Positions 11,214 to 20,188 of a stretch of 64,000 nucleotides of DNA are shown here, piece by piece. Within the stretch, counting starts at the first letter, position 1. Each line of letters starts with the position of its first letter. A program made the position numbers and the translations under genes. A model generated the notes under the pieces. That model saw nothing but the letters and a program-made list of their open reading frames with translations, was not told the DNA's origin and searched no databases. Origin of the DNA: Candidatus Cryosericum sp. (GTDB lineage Bacteria; Caldisericota; Caldisericia; Cryosericales; Cryosericaceae); contig JBNAWM010000001.1 of the NCBI GenBank assembly GCA_049699855.1, positions 62,885 to 126,884 of the forward strand. Reading direction: 5' to 3'.

Positions 11214-12905
11214 ATGGAATACAAAGACTATATTGCCGAAGTAAGCTCCAAGATCGGCATTGTCGACGTTATTGGGCACTACGTGAAACTGCGCAAGCAG
11301 GGACGCAACTACGTCGGGCTTTGCCCCTTTCATCATGAGAAGACCCCGTCGTTCACCGTAAGTCCCGACAAGAACATGTTCTATTGCTTCGGCTGCAAAG
11401 CGACCGGGGACATGCTGACATTCATTCGAAAGATACACAACGTGTCCCTGCCTGAGGCAATCGAGATTGTCTCCAAGGAATTCGATGTCGAACTGCCTCC
11501 ATGGCACATGTCCACCACTGCTTCGCGGGAACGCCAGGAGCTTCTCCAAGCGCTCAAGATAGCTGCCGAGGCCTTTTCCACTTTCCTGCAAGGCAGCCAG
11601 GCTGACGTGTGCCGTGCGTATGTGCAACGACGGCAGTTGAGCCCCGACATTGTCCAGCGTTTCTCTCTTGGATACTGCCCCCGCAATGTCGAAGCTCTTG
11701 TTGCGTGGTGCGCTGACCATGGAGTCGACGCAAACGCGCTTGCGCGGGCGGGGATTGTTCAGCAGCGTGAGGGACATGTCTTTTCGCCCTTTGCGCACCG
11801 CCTGATATTCCCCATCTGGGACAGCATCGGAAACATCATTGCCTTCGGGGGCAGGTCCATCGACGGAACCATGCCCAAGTATACCAACAGCCCCGAGACC
11901 CCGCTCTTCTCAAAGAGAAAGACGCTTTATGCGCTTCCACTTGCCGAGCCGGCGATCCGAAAGGAAGGCATGGCCATTGTTGTTGAAGGATACATGGATG
12001 CGATTGCTCTCCATGCTGCTGGCTTTCCTCAGACAGTAGCATCGCTGGGAACCGCGTTTACTGAGGAACAAGCAACCCTTCTCAAGCGAAGCGCTTCACG
12101 CGTCCTGCTGAACTTTGACAGCGATGAAGCTGGACAGAGAGCTGCCCGCCTTGCTCTCTCGACCTCCGATCGAACGGGGTTGGACGTAGCTGTCGTGAGA
12201 GTGGCAGGGGCCAAGGATCCTGACGAACTGCTACATGAGGCGGGAGGGAAAGAACTCTATCAGGCCGCTCTGGATCAGGCAATTTCCGTGGGCGATTTCC
12301 TGATTGAAGCTGCCACGCGAGGCAAAGACATGAACTCTGTGACTGGCCGCAGGAGTTTCGTGCAGGAGATGATGGAGTCTGTTGACGACATGCAGGACTC
12401 CCTGCTCAGGACACAGTTGCTTACCCAGATTGCGCGGCGGGTGGGTGTTCGCGAAGACGAGGTGCTTGGCATGTATCGCAAGGGACGTGCGCGCGTTGAC
12501 CAGCCCAGTGCAGTCGACCCATGGAGAATCCCCCGAAAAAACCTCGGACATTCCAGGATTCCCACAGGCGCCTCGCTGCAAAGCAATCGCTCGATCCTTG
12601 AAAGAGATGTCGCTCATGGTCTGGTTCATAACCTGGATCGGCTTTCGGAGGTACTTCCACTCCTGGAGCAGCTGACCTTTGAAGATGAAGTCCTGTCGGA
12701 GATTGTCAGTGTTTTACGTCGTGAGACCTCAACCGGATCGATGGTTGTACCGGCACTTGTTGCAGAGCTGAGTCCGGACGCTGCAGCGCTCGTTGGCCGC
12801 TGGAGCCTCGAAGACCACAAGTTGACTTTTCAGGGACTGAAAGACACGATTTCTGGACTGCTCAGAGTGCAATCAGCAGTAATACCCGGAGGAAATGCGA
12901 CATGA
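11214..12905 (+). CDS. dnaG: DNA primase
   Basis: [15 protein letters not shown] zinc-binding domain, [21 protein letters not shown]; start placed at MEYKD. Confidence 0.97.
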   Translation: MEYKDYIAEVSSKIGIVDVIGHYVKLRKQGRNYVGLCPFHHEKTPSFTVSPDKNMFYCFGCKATGDMLTFIRKIHNVSLPEAIEIVSKEFDVELPPWHMSTTASRERQELLQALKIAAEAFSTFLQGSQADVCRAYVQRRQLSPDIVQRFSLGYCPRNVEALVAWCADHGVDANALARAGIVQQREGHVFSPFAHRLIFPIWDSIGNIIAFGGRSIDGTMPKYTNSPETPLFSKRKTLYALPLAEPAIRKEGMAIVVEGYMDAIALHAAGFPQTVASLGTAFTEEQATLLKRSASRVLLNFDSDEAGQRAARLALSTSDRTGLDVAVVRVAGAKDPDELLHEAGGKELYQAALDQAISVGDFLIEAATRGKDMNSVTGRRSFVQEMMESVDDMQDSLLRTQLLTQIARRVGVREDEVLGMYRKGRARVDQPSAVDPWRIPRKNLGHSRIPTGASLQSNRSILERDVAHGLVHNLDRLSEVLPLLEQLTFEDEVLSEIVSVLRRETSTGSMVVPALVAELSPDAAALVGRWSLEDHKLTFQGLKDTISGLLRVQSAVIPGGNAT

Positions 12906-12924
12906 ATCGCGAAAGGAGCGGACA

Positions 12925-14385
12925 ATGGTAGAGAAGAGAACCACACATAAGAAGGTGACACGAGAGGTCCAGCCTGCAGCCAAGGAACAGGCCCCGCCCG
13001 AAAAGACGGTGCCTCCGTCAGAGGCAGTTCCCCAGAAGAATCTCCGAAAGGCTCGTGCCAAATCGCCCGAGAAGGAGGTCACTGCCGCGGCCGAACAATC
13101 GCCCGAAAAACACGCCCGCGCGAAAGCTCCCGCCGGTGCAAAAGGCACGAGGAAGAAAGAAAACGATGTCGATGACGAAGCACTGGATTCGGACCTGGAG
13201 GCTGACGAAGAGCAGGGGATCCTGCACGAAGAGCCTGCTCCCGGTCCACCACTTCCAAAGAAGCGCGAATTGCAGAAGCTCCTGCAAACAGCCCGTCAGC
13301 TGGGCATTCTCGATTATGACGCAGTCATGGACGCGCTCGAAAAATACGACATTCCCATCGACGACCTGGACACGTTCTATGACCGCATGGACTTCGAGGG
13401 AATCGTCTTCGGAACGCCGCGTTACATCAAATCTACCACCAAGAAAGCCACAGTGGCTCCGTCACTCCCCTCTATTATCCGTGTTACGACACAGGAGGAG
13501 CAGAATCCAATTCAGTCGTATCTGAGCGACATTGGCCGAGTGCCACTGCTCACCCCCGATCAGGAGAAATCTCTGGGAAAGAGCGTCATGGCTGGCGACA
13601 CCGAGGCAAGGCGTCAATTGATCGAAGCCAACCTCCGGCTTGTTGTGAGCATCGCAAAAAAATACACGGGACGAGGCCTGTCCTTCCTTGACCTGGTTGA
13701 GGAAGGCAACCTGGGCCTGATTCGAGCGGTCGAGAAATTCGACTACAAGCGCGGGTTCCGCTTCTCCACGTACGCCACCTGGTGGATCCGTCAGTCGATG
13801 ACCCGAGCGCTCGCTGACCAATCCCGCCTGATCAGGGTTCCGGTTCACATGGTCGAAAACCTGAACAAGATCGACAAGATCAAGAAATCCTTCCTGCAGG
13901 AGCACGGGCGCGAACCGACCAAGGAAGAACTAGCCACGGCCATGGGCATCCCCGTAAAGAAGATCGTCCGGTACCTGCGCCTCGGCCAGCAGCCGCTTTC
14001 GCTCGAAAACACAGTAGGAGATGAGGAAGAGAGTCGGCTGGAGAACTTCATCGAGGATGAAAAGAGCCCGTCGCCCGAGAAAGAAACGTTCAACAAATAC
14101 TATAAAGAACAGCTCGAACGCATTCTCGAGACGCTGCCCGAGCGAGAGAAAAAGATCCTGATTTACAGAGAAGGCCTTCAAGGTGAATACGAGCATACTC
14201 TGGAAGAGGTTGGAACCATGTTCCAAGTCACCCGTGAGCGCATCCGCCAGATCGAGGCTAAAGCCAAGCGCAAGCTCAAGGAGATCATCGCCAAGGAGAA
14301 CGGCATGAACGAGGAGGATATGCACAACGACGGCAATGTGATCCGGCACCGCACCTCCTCGAACAGAAGACGCTCCTCGTCCTAG
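12925..14385 (+). CDS. rpoD: RNA polymerase primary sigma factor (RpoD/SigA)
   Basis: [43 protein letters not shown]; long Lys/Ala/Pro-rich N-terminus; AGGAG RBS. Confidence 0.97.
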   Translation: MVEKRTTHKKVTREVQPAAKEQAPPEKTVPPSEAVPQKNLRKARAKSPEKEVTAAAEQSPEKHARAKAPAGAKGTRKKENDVDDEALDSDLEADEEQGILHEEPAPGPPLPKKRELQKLLQTARQLGILDYDAVMDALEKYDIPIDDLDTFYDRMDFEGIVFGTPRYIKSTTKKATVAPSLPSIIRVTTQEEQNPIQSYLSDIGRVPLLTPDQEKSLGKSVMAGDTEARRQLIEANLRLVVSIAKKYTGRGLSFLDLVEEGNLGLIRAVEKFDYKRGFRFSTYATWWIRQSMTRALADQSRLIRVPVHMVENLNKIDKIKKSFLQEHGREPTKEELATAMGIPVKKIVRYLRLGQQPLSLENTVGDEEESRLENFIEDEKSPSPEKETFNKYYKEQLERILETLPEREKKILIYREGLQGEYEHTLEEVGTMFQVTRERIRQIEAKAKRKLKEIIAKENGMNEEDMHNDGNVIRHRTSSNRRRSSS

Positions 14386-14406
14386 GAACCCTTAGTGAGT
14401 CCTATC

Positions 14407-14434
14407 TTGACAAGAGAGCCTTCGATAGTACAAT
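14407..14434 (+). promoter_or_regulatory. sigma70-type promoter of tRNA-Asn
   Basis: TTGACA-N16-TACAAT ending 12 nt upstream of the mature tRNA. Confidence 0.8.
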
Positions 14435-14446
14435 AATGCATGGTAT

Positions 14447-14522
14447 TCCCCGATAGCTCAACGGTGGTAGCACTGGACTGTTAATCCGGGGGTTGTAGGT
14501 TCGAATCCTACTCGGGGAGCCA
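14447..14522 (+). tRNA. tRNA-Asn (GTT)
   Basis: Cloverleaf TCCCCGA/TCGGGGA, anticodon loop CTGTTAA, TTCGAAT T-loop, encoded CCA. Confidence 0.97.
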
Positions 14523-14856
14523 TTCTTCTAGTCGGTCGGACGCGCTCAGGTTGTCTGGGCCCCTGCCGGCTTTTTTCTTTCGGTACTCGTCCGCCAATTC
14601 CTTTTTCGCCAAGCGTCGCCTCATGCTCTCACGGGCTCGCAGCAAGCAAGGAGTGCTCCTTACGAAGAACCAAGGACTCGCTTTCGGGCGAATCGCAGCC
14701 TATCAGCGCTTTTGCGAATCGGGGCCCGCATCACATGGTCTCGAGCACTAGCGTGACCAAAGCCACGACGAGCGTACTCAGTACCAATGGCGGCAGCTTC
14801 ACTGTGAACTGGAAGGCCAACTAGACAGCCTGCTCCTAACAGAGCGGAAACTGGTG

Positions 14857-14881
14857 GAGCCCGGCTGTGTATGCCGGGCTC
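14857..14881. terminator. Strong GC-rich hairpin, possible terminator downstream of the ferritin-like gene
   Basis: GAGCCCGGC-7nt-GCCGGGCTC perfect 9-bp stem; no clear U-tract on either strand. Confidence 0.45.
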
Positions 14882-14929
14882 TCGTGTTCAGTTCTTCGTC
14901 GTGCCGTCTGGCACGCTGCAAAAAGCAGT

Positions 14930-15235
14930 CTACAAACCCTGCTTTCTGATTTCGTCCTCCACTTCCTTGGCGCCCTCCGCGTAGAACTTCTCCTCATCAG
15001 GCGCAAGCTGGTGGAGCAACCGAAGGAACTCTCCGGCATGTACGAGCTCCTCACCGGCAATGTCCTTCAGTACTTCGATAGCCAACTTGTTGTCAGTCGA
15101 CTCGGCAAGCTGCGTGTACAATTGCACCGCCTCGTATTCGGCAGCCACCATGAAGCGAATTTCGCGAATGAGTTCTTCATGCGTCAACTTACGCTCATGT
15201 GCCAAACCTGAAAAAGGTGATCCAAACTCCGGCAT
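14930..15235 (-). CDS. Small ferritin-like protein (EncFtn/Flp-like, two-helix)
   Basis: AAEYEAVQLY and EELVHAGEF (ExxH) di-iron pattern in 101 aa; GAGGAGG RBS. Confidence 0.85.
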   Translation of the reverse strand: MPEFGSPFSGLAHERKLTHEELIREIRFMVAAEYEAVQLYTQLAESTDNKLAIEVLKDIAGEELVHAGEFLRLLHQLAPDEEKFYAEGAKEVEDEIRKQGL

Positions 15236-15372
15236 ATTCAGCCTCCTCTGTTAATCTAAACGTACTCCAAGACGCACGCGACTCTTGGTTAGGATGCACT
15301 GCGATCTACGATAATGCACTCATTCTCCTCCATCCCCAACAGAATTCCTGATCCAGATGTTTTTTCAGAGGC

Positions 15373-15627
15373 CTATCGCCTTCTTCCACCTCGCAGGGCT
15401 CGTACTACCACGATCAGTAATACAGCACCGATCACTGCTGTGATCAAAGCCCCCAACAGTCCGCTGGTCTTGATTCCCAGCAGCCCGAACACCCAACCAC
15501 CGATCAATCCCCCTAGGGCACCGATAATCAAATCCCATAGCAAACCGTAGCCACTGCCTTTCATAACCTGCCCTGCAATCCATCCTGCAGCAATACCGAT
15601 GACAATCCACCAGAACCAACCGGGCAT
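15373..15627 (-). CDS. GlsB/YeaQ/YmgE family small membrane protein (transglycosylase-associated)
   Basis: 84 aa, WIVIGIAAGWIAG..GLLWDLIIGALGGLIGGWVFG..LITAVIGAVLLIVV; GGAGGTG RBS. Confidence 0.92.
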   Translation of the reverse strand: MPGWFWWIVIGIAAGWIAGQVMKGSGYGLLWDLIIGALGGLIGGWVFGLLGIKTSGLLGALITAVIGAVLLIVVVRALRGGRRR

Positions 15628-15783
15628 ACGTTCACCTCCACGTCTCGAGATCTCCGTCAGAAATTGACGGCAGTACTCCATATCGACCACAGCTTCGATG
15701 CCGCCTACCCTCTGGCAACCCGTGACTCGTTCCGGGACCAGCTTGCCCGGACATCGACCAATCTTCAACAACTTGCTTTAATA

Positions 15784-15811
15784 ATGATACCATTTGACAA
15801 TTCGCTGTCAA
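15784..15811 (-). promoter_or_regulatory. sigma70-type promoter for the GlsB-family gene
   Basis: TTGACA-N16-TATCAT with extended -10 TG. Confidence 0.72.
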
Positions 15812-15949
15812 CCCAGTATTCATCTCTTCGATGTTCGCCGATCAGGTTCGCAAGGCACGTCCATACAGAACCTCTCCCCCAATTGACATTGCACCTGTCT
15901 CTCTGATGCGAATGGTACGCTCCGAAGGATTCACCGCTATACTGAACGC

Positions 15950-16879
15950 ATGAATAGTTGGATTGGACGCCGAGAACCACAACGGTTGCTTCTGCGAACG
16001 AGAGCCAAGGTCAACGCTTGGCTTCACGTCCTGCCCAGACGCCACGACGAGCCGCTGCATGAAATCGAATCGCTGTTCCTGCCTCTGGTTTATGGAGACG
16101 ATCTGATCATACAGGCGACACCCTCGGACGAGCCCGCGTTCCGTCTCTCCTCAAACAGGATGGACCTGCTCGTCAACAACAGTGTCGAAGCTGCATGGCA
16201 GGCATTCATGAACACGCTTTCCCATGACGCTCGACGCTTGCAGTGGACCATTGCGGCGCATCTCCAGAAGAATATTCCTGAGCGCACAGGCCTGGGCGCT
16301 GGCAGTGGCGACGCAGCCTCAATGCTCCTCGCGCTCAACCAGTTGTACGAACGCCCCCTGGATGAAGCCCAGCTCCTCGCAGTCGCCGGCAGGTTGGGCT
16401 CCGATGTGCCATTTTTCATCCAACACAAGTGCTCTATAGTGCAAGGGACCGGGCAGATCGTGGTGCCGATTCCAGCCCTTCCTCCCTTGTGGTGCTGTCT
16501 TGCTCTTCCGGCCTTCCGGACCAGCACGCGGGCAGCATACGCGGCCCTTGACGAGGCCATGGCCCTGCAGGGGACCCCGGCCACCGATCCAACCGTCAGC
16601 CTCGACTCGGCGATTGCCGCGCTCCAGACACTCTCGGTTCTTCCAGCCCATGAAAGTCAGCGTTTGAACTCATTCGAAGCAGTTCTTGGAGGCGACCGTC
16701 CTGTTTTTTTGGAAATCCGCCGGGTCCTGTTGGCGAGTGGAGCTCTCCTGAGCGGCCTCAGCGGCTCAGGAAGCGCAATCTTCGGTATATATGCAGAGAG
16801 GGCAGCTGCAGAAGCAGCTGCCCTCATCCTTCAAACACGACAAAACGTACAGCAAACGTTTGTTGCCAAGATAGGCTAG
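15950..16879 (+). CDS. ispE: 4-(cytidine 5'-diphospho)-2-C-methyl-D-erythritol kinase (GHMP family)
   Basis: AKVNAWL, KNIPERTGLGAGSGDAA, LGSDVPFF, LSGSGSAIF motifs. Confidence 0.88.
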   Translation: MNSWIGRREPQRLLLRTRAKVNAWLHVLPRRHDEPLHEIESLFLPLVYGDDLIIQATPSDEPAFRLSSNRMDLLVNNSVEAAWQAFMNTLSHDARRLQWTIAAHLQKNIPERTGLGAGSGDAASMLLALNQLYERPLDEAQLLAVAGRLGSDVPFFIQHKCSIVQGTGQIVVPIPALPPLWCCLALPAFRTSTRAAYAALDEAMALQGTPATDPTVSLDSAIAALQTLSVLPAHESQRLNSFEAVLGGDRPVFLEIRRVLLASGALLSGLSGSGSAIFGIYAERAAAEAAALILQTRQNVQQTFVAKIG

Positions 16880-16882
16880 AAG

Positions 16883-17245
16883 CTACTTGATCTCCACAGT
16901 AGCGCCGGCAGCCTCGAGTTTGGCCTTGATCTCATTGGCTTCTTTCTCTGGAATGTGCTCCTTGACAGGCTTCGGGGCGCCATCAACAACATCCTTGGAC
17001 TCTTTCAGGCCGAGACCAGTGATCTCGCGAACCACTTTGATAACCTCAATCTTCTTCTCGCCCACCGTCTTCAAAATGACGTCAAACTCAGTCTTGGCTT
17101 CAGCGGCTGCCACAGGGGCGGCGGCGACCGTTGCCACAGGGGCGGCGGCAGAAACGCCAAACTTCTCCTCAATCATCTTGACGAGGTCAGCAAGGTCCAG
17201 CACGGTCATGCTCTCAATAGCGGAAAGGATCTCTTCTTTTGTCAT
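16883..17245 (-). CDS. rplL: 50S ribosomal protein L7/L12
   Basis: [27 protein letters not shown]. Confidence 0.98.
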   Translation of the reverse strand: MTKEEILSAIESMTVLDLADLVKMIEEKFGVSAAAPVATVAAAPVAAAEAKTEFDVILKTVGEKKIEVIKVVREITGLGLKESKDVVDGAPKPVKEHIPEKEANEIKAKLEAAGATVEIK

Positions 17246-17268
17246 GTCATTCCTCCTGGTGGTTTGTA

Positions 17269-17814
17269 TTAAGCTTGAGTAGCAACTTCGGTCTTCTGTT
17301 CGCGCACTTTGTCAAGTGCATACACAATACTGCTGACAGTCTGCTTCAGTGCCATGGCCAGCCCGGTGACCGGACCATTCATACCGCGGCACACCTGCGC
17401 AATGAGCTCATCCCTGGTTGGCAGGAGCGCAAGACGCTCGACCATCGGCTCATCAAAGAAGCTGCCATCGACAATGGCTCCCTTGATAACGAAACGCTGT
17501 TCGCCCGGTTTGTTGGTAGGTTTCTTGTACAGCGCTTTCGCAAGAATGGATGGATCTGTCTTGCCCAAGCCCACTGCTGTCATCTGCGTGAACAGAGACT
17601 CCGGCAAAGCAAGACCGATTTCCTTGGTGGCACGCTCGAGCAGCGTATTCTTGACAACGATGTACTCGATGCCCTGGCTCGTCAGCTTCTTGCGCTCATT
17701 CGCAACAAACGAGGCCTTCAGTCCCTCATAGCCAACGAACACGATGGACTCTGACTCCTTCAACTGCTTGACAAGGTTGTCGACCAGCTGTTTCTTCTCG
17801 TCCTTGGTTAACAT
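17269..17814 (-). CDS. rplJ: 50S ribosomal protein L10
   Basis: [17 protein letters not shown]; between rplA and rplL. Confidence 0.96.
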   Translation of the reverse strand: MLTKDEKKQLVDNLVKQLKESESIVFVGYEGLKASFVANERKKLTSQGIEYIVVKNTLLERATKEIGLALPESLFTQMTAVGLGKTDPSILAKALYKKPTNKPGEQRFVIKGAIVDGSFFDEPMVERLALLPTRDELIAQVCRGMNGPVTGLAMALKQTVSSIVYALDKVREQKTEVATQA

Positions 17815-17835
17815 GGTTCACCTCCTCTTTGTATG

Positions 17836-17864
17836 AAAAAAGCTCTCTGCCAGAGACAGAGAGC
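17836..17864 (-). terminator. Intrinsic terminator/attenuator in the rplJ leader
   Basis: GCTCTCTG-7nt-CAGAGAGC followed by TTTTTT on the minus strand, just upstream of the rplJ RBS. Confidence 0.8.
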
Positions 17865-17884
17865 CGAATTGCACATGATCAATA

Positions 17885-17946
17885 AGCGCAAACCGCCTCG
17901 GCGGGCAAGATTGAGGGGTGAACCCCGCTCGCTGTCTCAGGCTAAC
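17885..17946 (-). promoter_or_regulatory. L10 leader (ribosomal protein autoregulatory RNA)
   Basis: GAGACAGCG..GGGG-TTCA-CCCC..AATC..CCCGCCGAGG resembles the L10_leader AGACAG..CCGAGG core; located between rplA and rplJ. Confidence 0.7.
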
Positions 17947-17952
17947 AATAAC

Positions 17953-17980
17953 AGTATAGTCTAAAGTTTGCTGATGTCCA
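17953..17980 (-). promoter_or_regulatory. Internal promoter for rplJL overlapping the rplA 3' end
   Basis: TGGACA-N16-TATACT directly upstream of the L10 leader. Confidence 0.6.
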
Positions 17981-18650
17981 CACGCACCGCAGGACTCATC
18001 GTCAGCGACAGATACGTCTTACCCATATACGTTCCCTTGACAGACGACGGCCGCGCTCTCTGAATGGCCTCAAAGAGGGACATGAAGTTCTCTTTGATGG
18101 CAGCAGGAGCGAAGCTGGCCTTGCCGATCGGACAATGCATCGTGCCCACCTTGTCGACACGGAATTCAATCTTGCCAGCCTTGAACTCACGGACGGCCTT
18201 GCCAATCTCCAGCGTCACGGTTCCCGCCTTCGGGTTTGGCATCAATCCACGAGGACCCAGAATACGGGCAACCTTTCCCAGCGTCGCCATCATGTCCGGA
18301 GTCGCGATCGCCACATCAAAGTCCAGCCATCCGCCTTTGATCTTCTCGACCAGCTCTTCACCACCCACAACGTCGGCACCCGCTTCCTGAGCTTCTGCAG
18401 TCTTGTCACCCTTGGTAAAAACCGCAACTCTTACGGTCTTCCCGGTTCCTGCTGGCAGCGTGACAACGCCGCGCACGTTCTGATCAGCCTGCTTCGGATC
18501 GACGTTGAGTTTCATGCACACTTCAATGGTCTCGTCGAACTTCGCTGTCCTCAACTTCGGGAGGAGCTCGACAACCTCGTCAAGCGAGTAGACCTTCGCC
18601 TGATCGATCAGCTTCGCTACTTCCTGGTACTTCTTTCCCTTCTTGCTCAT
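17961..18650 (-). CDS. rplA: 50S ribosomal protein L1
   Basis: [22 protein letters not shown]. Confidence 0.99.
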   Translation of the reverse strand: MSKKGKKYQEVAKLIDQAKVYSLDEVVELLPKLRTAKFDETIEVCMKLNVDPKQADQNVRGVVTLPAGTGKTVRVAVFTKGDKTAEAQEAGADVVGGEELVEKIKGGWLDFDVAIATPDMMATLGKVARILGPRGLMPNPKAGTVTLEIGKAVREFKAGKIEFRVDKVGTMHCPIGKASFAPAAIKENFMSLFEAIQRARPSSVKGTYMGKTYLSLTMSPAVRVDISKL

Positions 18651-18661
18651 GCATTACCTCC

Positions 18662-18688
18662 GTGGTTACGTGGAGAAACTCCTCCCAC
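18662..18688 (-). promoter_or_regulatory. Putative L1-binding mRNA site upstream of rplA
   Basis: GTGGGAGG-AGTTTCT-CC-ACGTAA-CCAC just before the GGAGG RBS, similar to the Bacillus rplK-rplA intergenic L1 target. Confidence 0.6.
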
Positions 18689-18704
18689 GTGTTCTGTCCA
18701 GCCG

Positions 18705-19130
18705 TTACTCAACGACTGTCACTCCCATACTCTTCGCAGAGCCGGCAATGATCTTGATGGCCTCATCGAGGTCAGCAGTGTTCAGATCCTCCATCTTGAT
18801 CTTGGCGATCTCGGCAAGCTGCAACCTTGTGATACGGCCCACCTTCTTCTTGTTGGGCTCGCCAGACCCTGATTCAATCTTGATCGCTCTCTTGATGAGA
18901 GACGAAGCAGGCGGCGTCTTCGTAATGAAGGTAAATGACTTATCCTCAAAAACTGTAATGACAGCAGGAATGACCAGTCCAACCTTGTCCTTGGTCCGCT
19001 CATTGAACTGCTTGCAGAACTCCATGATGTTGACGCCCTTCTGGCCAAGTGCAGGCCCAACTGGCGGAGCTGGCGTCGCCTTTCCTCCCTCAATCTGTAC
19101 GCGCGCGTACCCTACAATCTTCTTCGCCAT
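18705..19130 (-). CDS. rplK: 50S ribosomal protein L11
   Basis: [24 protein letters not shown]. Confidence 0.99.
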   Translation of the reverse strand: MAKKIVGYARVQIEGGKATPAPPVGPALGQKGVNIMEFCKQFNERTKDKVGLVIPAVITVFEDKSFTFITKTPPASSLIKRAIKIESGSGEPNKKKVGRITRLQLAEIAKIKMEDLNTADLDEAIKIIAGSAKSMGVTVVE

Positions 19131-19160
19131 AGCGGATACTACCCCCTGAATTCAAATCTC

Positions 19161-19691
19161 TCAGATCTTCTTGATAAAGCCGAAATCAATCTCAACAGGC
19201 ATTTCGCGCCCAAACATGATCAACTTGATGCGCGCCTTTTCCTTCTCTGCCGAGATACTCTCAACTTTACCCTGCATCCCATCAAATGGGCCACCAATAA
19301 TCTGGACGGTATCTCCTACCTCAAAGTGCAGTCTTGCAACGGCCTCTTCCTCTGACACTCTGTCCTTGATAATGCGTTCGACCTCTTCGTCCGAAAGAGG
19401 TATAGGTTTGCCATAGTTGCCGACAAATCCAAGAATGCCGGGAGTGTGCGTAACCACATTCCACGTCTCATCATCCATGATCATCTCGACGACGAGGTAT
19501 CCGGGATAAACCTTCTCCTGCTTGACCTTGCGCTCCCCGTTCTTGATAATCACCTTGTTATCGACGGGGAGAACCACCGAAAAGACGCGGTCACTCAGCG
19601 CCAGCGTCTTAATCTTCTGTTCCAGATTGTTTCTGGCTTTCTCCTCAGCACCCGAATAGGTGTGGAGAAGATACCAGTTGCGTTCAGTCAT
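19161..19691 (-). CDS. nusG: Transcription termination/antitermination factor NusG
   Basis: WYLLHTYSG, YPGYLVVEM, KOW motif GDTVQIIGGPFDG. Confidence 0.98.
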   Translation of the reverse strand: MTERNWYLLHTYSGAEEKARNNLEQKIKTLALSDRVFSVVLPVDNKVIIKNGERKVKQEKVYPGYLVVEMIMDDETWNVVTHTPGILGFVGNYGKPIPLSDEEVERIIKDRVSEEEAVARLHFEVGDTVQIIGGPFDGMQGKVESISAEKEKARIKLIMFGREMPVEIDFGFIKKI

Positions 19692-19697
19692 TCGGGC

Positions 19698-19913
19698 CTA
19701 CTGGATCAGCCACTTCAGAGCGGCTGCAAACAGGTAGTCCCAGGCCCCGATAAACAAAGCCCAGAATATCACAAACACGAGGATGGTAGTGCCCGACTTC
19801 ATGAGTTCACGAGGTCGAGGCCACGTCACCCTGTGTCTGATCTCGGTCCACATGGACCGCATCCACTTGTTGAAGCGCACACCAACAGGCTTGACTGTCT
19901 TCGTATTATTCAC
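19698..19913 (-). CDS. secE: Preprotein translocase subunit SecE
   Basis: EIRHRVTWP plus one TM helix; GTG start after GAGGAGG; upstream of nusG. Confidence 0.93.
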   Translation of the reverse strand: MNNTKTVKPVGVRFNKWMRSMWTEIRHRVTWPRPRELMKSGTTILVFVIFWALFIGAWDYLFAAALKWLIQ

Positions 19914-19934
19914 GCGTTCCTCCTCAAGGGAAGG

Positions 19935-20010
19935 TGGCAGGCCCGGAGGGGCTCGAACCCCCAACACTCGGTTTTGGAGACCGATGCTCTACCAGTTGAA
20001 CTACGGGCCT
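19935..20010 (-). tRNA. tRNA-Trp (CCA)
   Basis: AGGCCCG..CTCCAAA..GTTCGAG..CGGGCCTGCCA cloverleaf. Confidence 0.97.
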
Positions 20011-20029
20011 ACCTGGGGACCTGTAACTG

Positions 20030-20179
20030 CTACTTGGTCTCCTTGTGTTCCGTATGCTTTCTGCAATGCGGACAGTACTTGTTCACATGCACTTTGTCTG
20101 GATCGTTCTTTTTGTTCTTGATGCTCGTGTAGTTGTGGTTCTTGCACACAGTGCATTCAAGCGTAATGATGTCTCTCAT
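20030..20179 (-). CDS. rpmG: 50S ribosomal protein L33 (zinc-ribbon form)
   Basis: Manual translation [49 protein letters not shown] (49 aa, below the ORF-track cutoff). Confidence 0.97.
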   Translation of the reverse strand: MRDIITLECTVCKNHNYTSIKNKKNDPDKVHVNKYCPHCRKHTEHKETK

Positions 20180-20188
20180 GTCAGCCCA

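Noticed and set aside
12925-13200. SPEK-like repeats and low-complexity N-terminus of sigmaA
   Set aside because: Variable disordered region 1.1 extensions are common; the repeats are short and imperfect.
14456-14472. C13-U22 mismatch and G at 21 in the tRNA-Asn D-arm
   Set aside because: The rest of the cloverleaf, CCA end and promoter are intact, so it is not a pseudo-tRNA; 13:22 mismatches are common.
15292-15325. ATGCACT direct repeat with 20-bp period upstream of the ferritin-like gene
   Set aside because: Only two 7-mers and no match to a Fur/PerR box I recognize; could be chance.
15883-15910. TTGACA upstream of ispE
   Set aside because: No -10-like hexamer at 16-18 bp.
17104-17152. 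Tandem 17-nt repeat GCCACAGGGGCGGCGGC
   Set aside because: It encodes the normal Ala-rich hinge of L7/L12.
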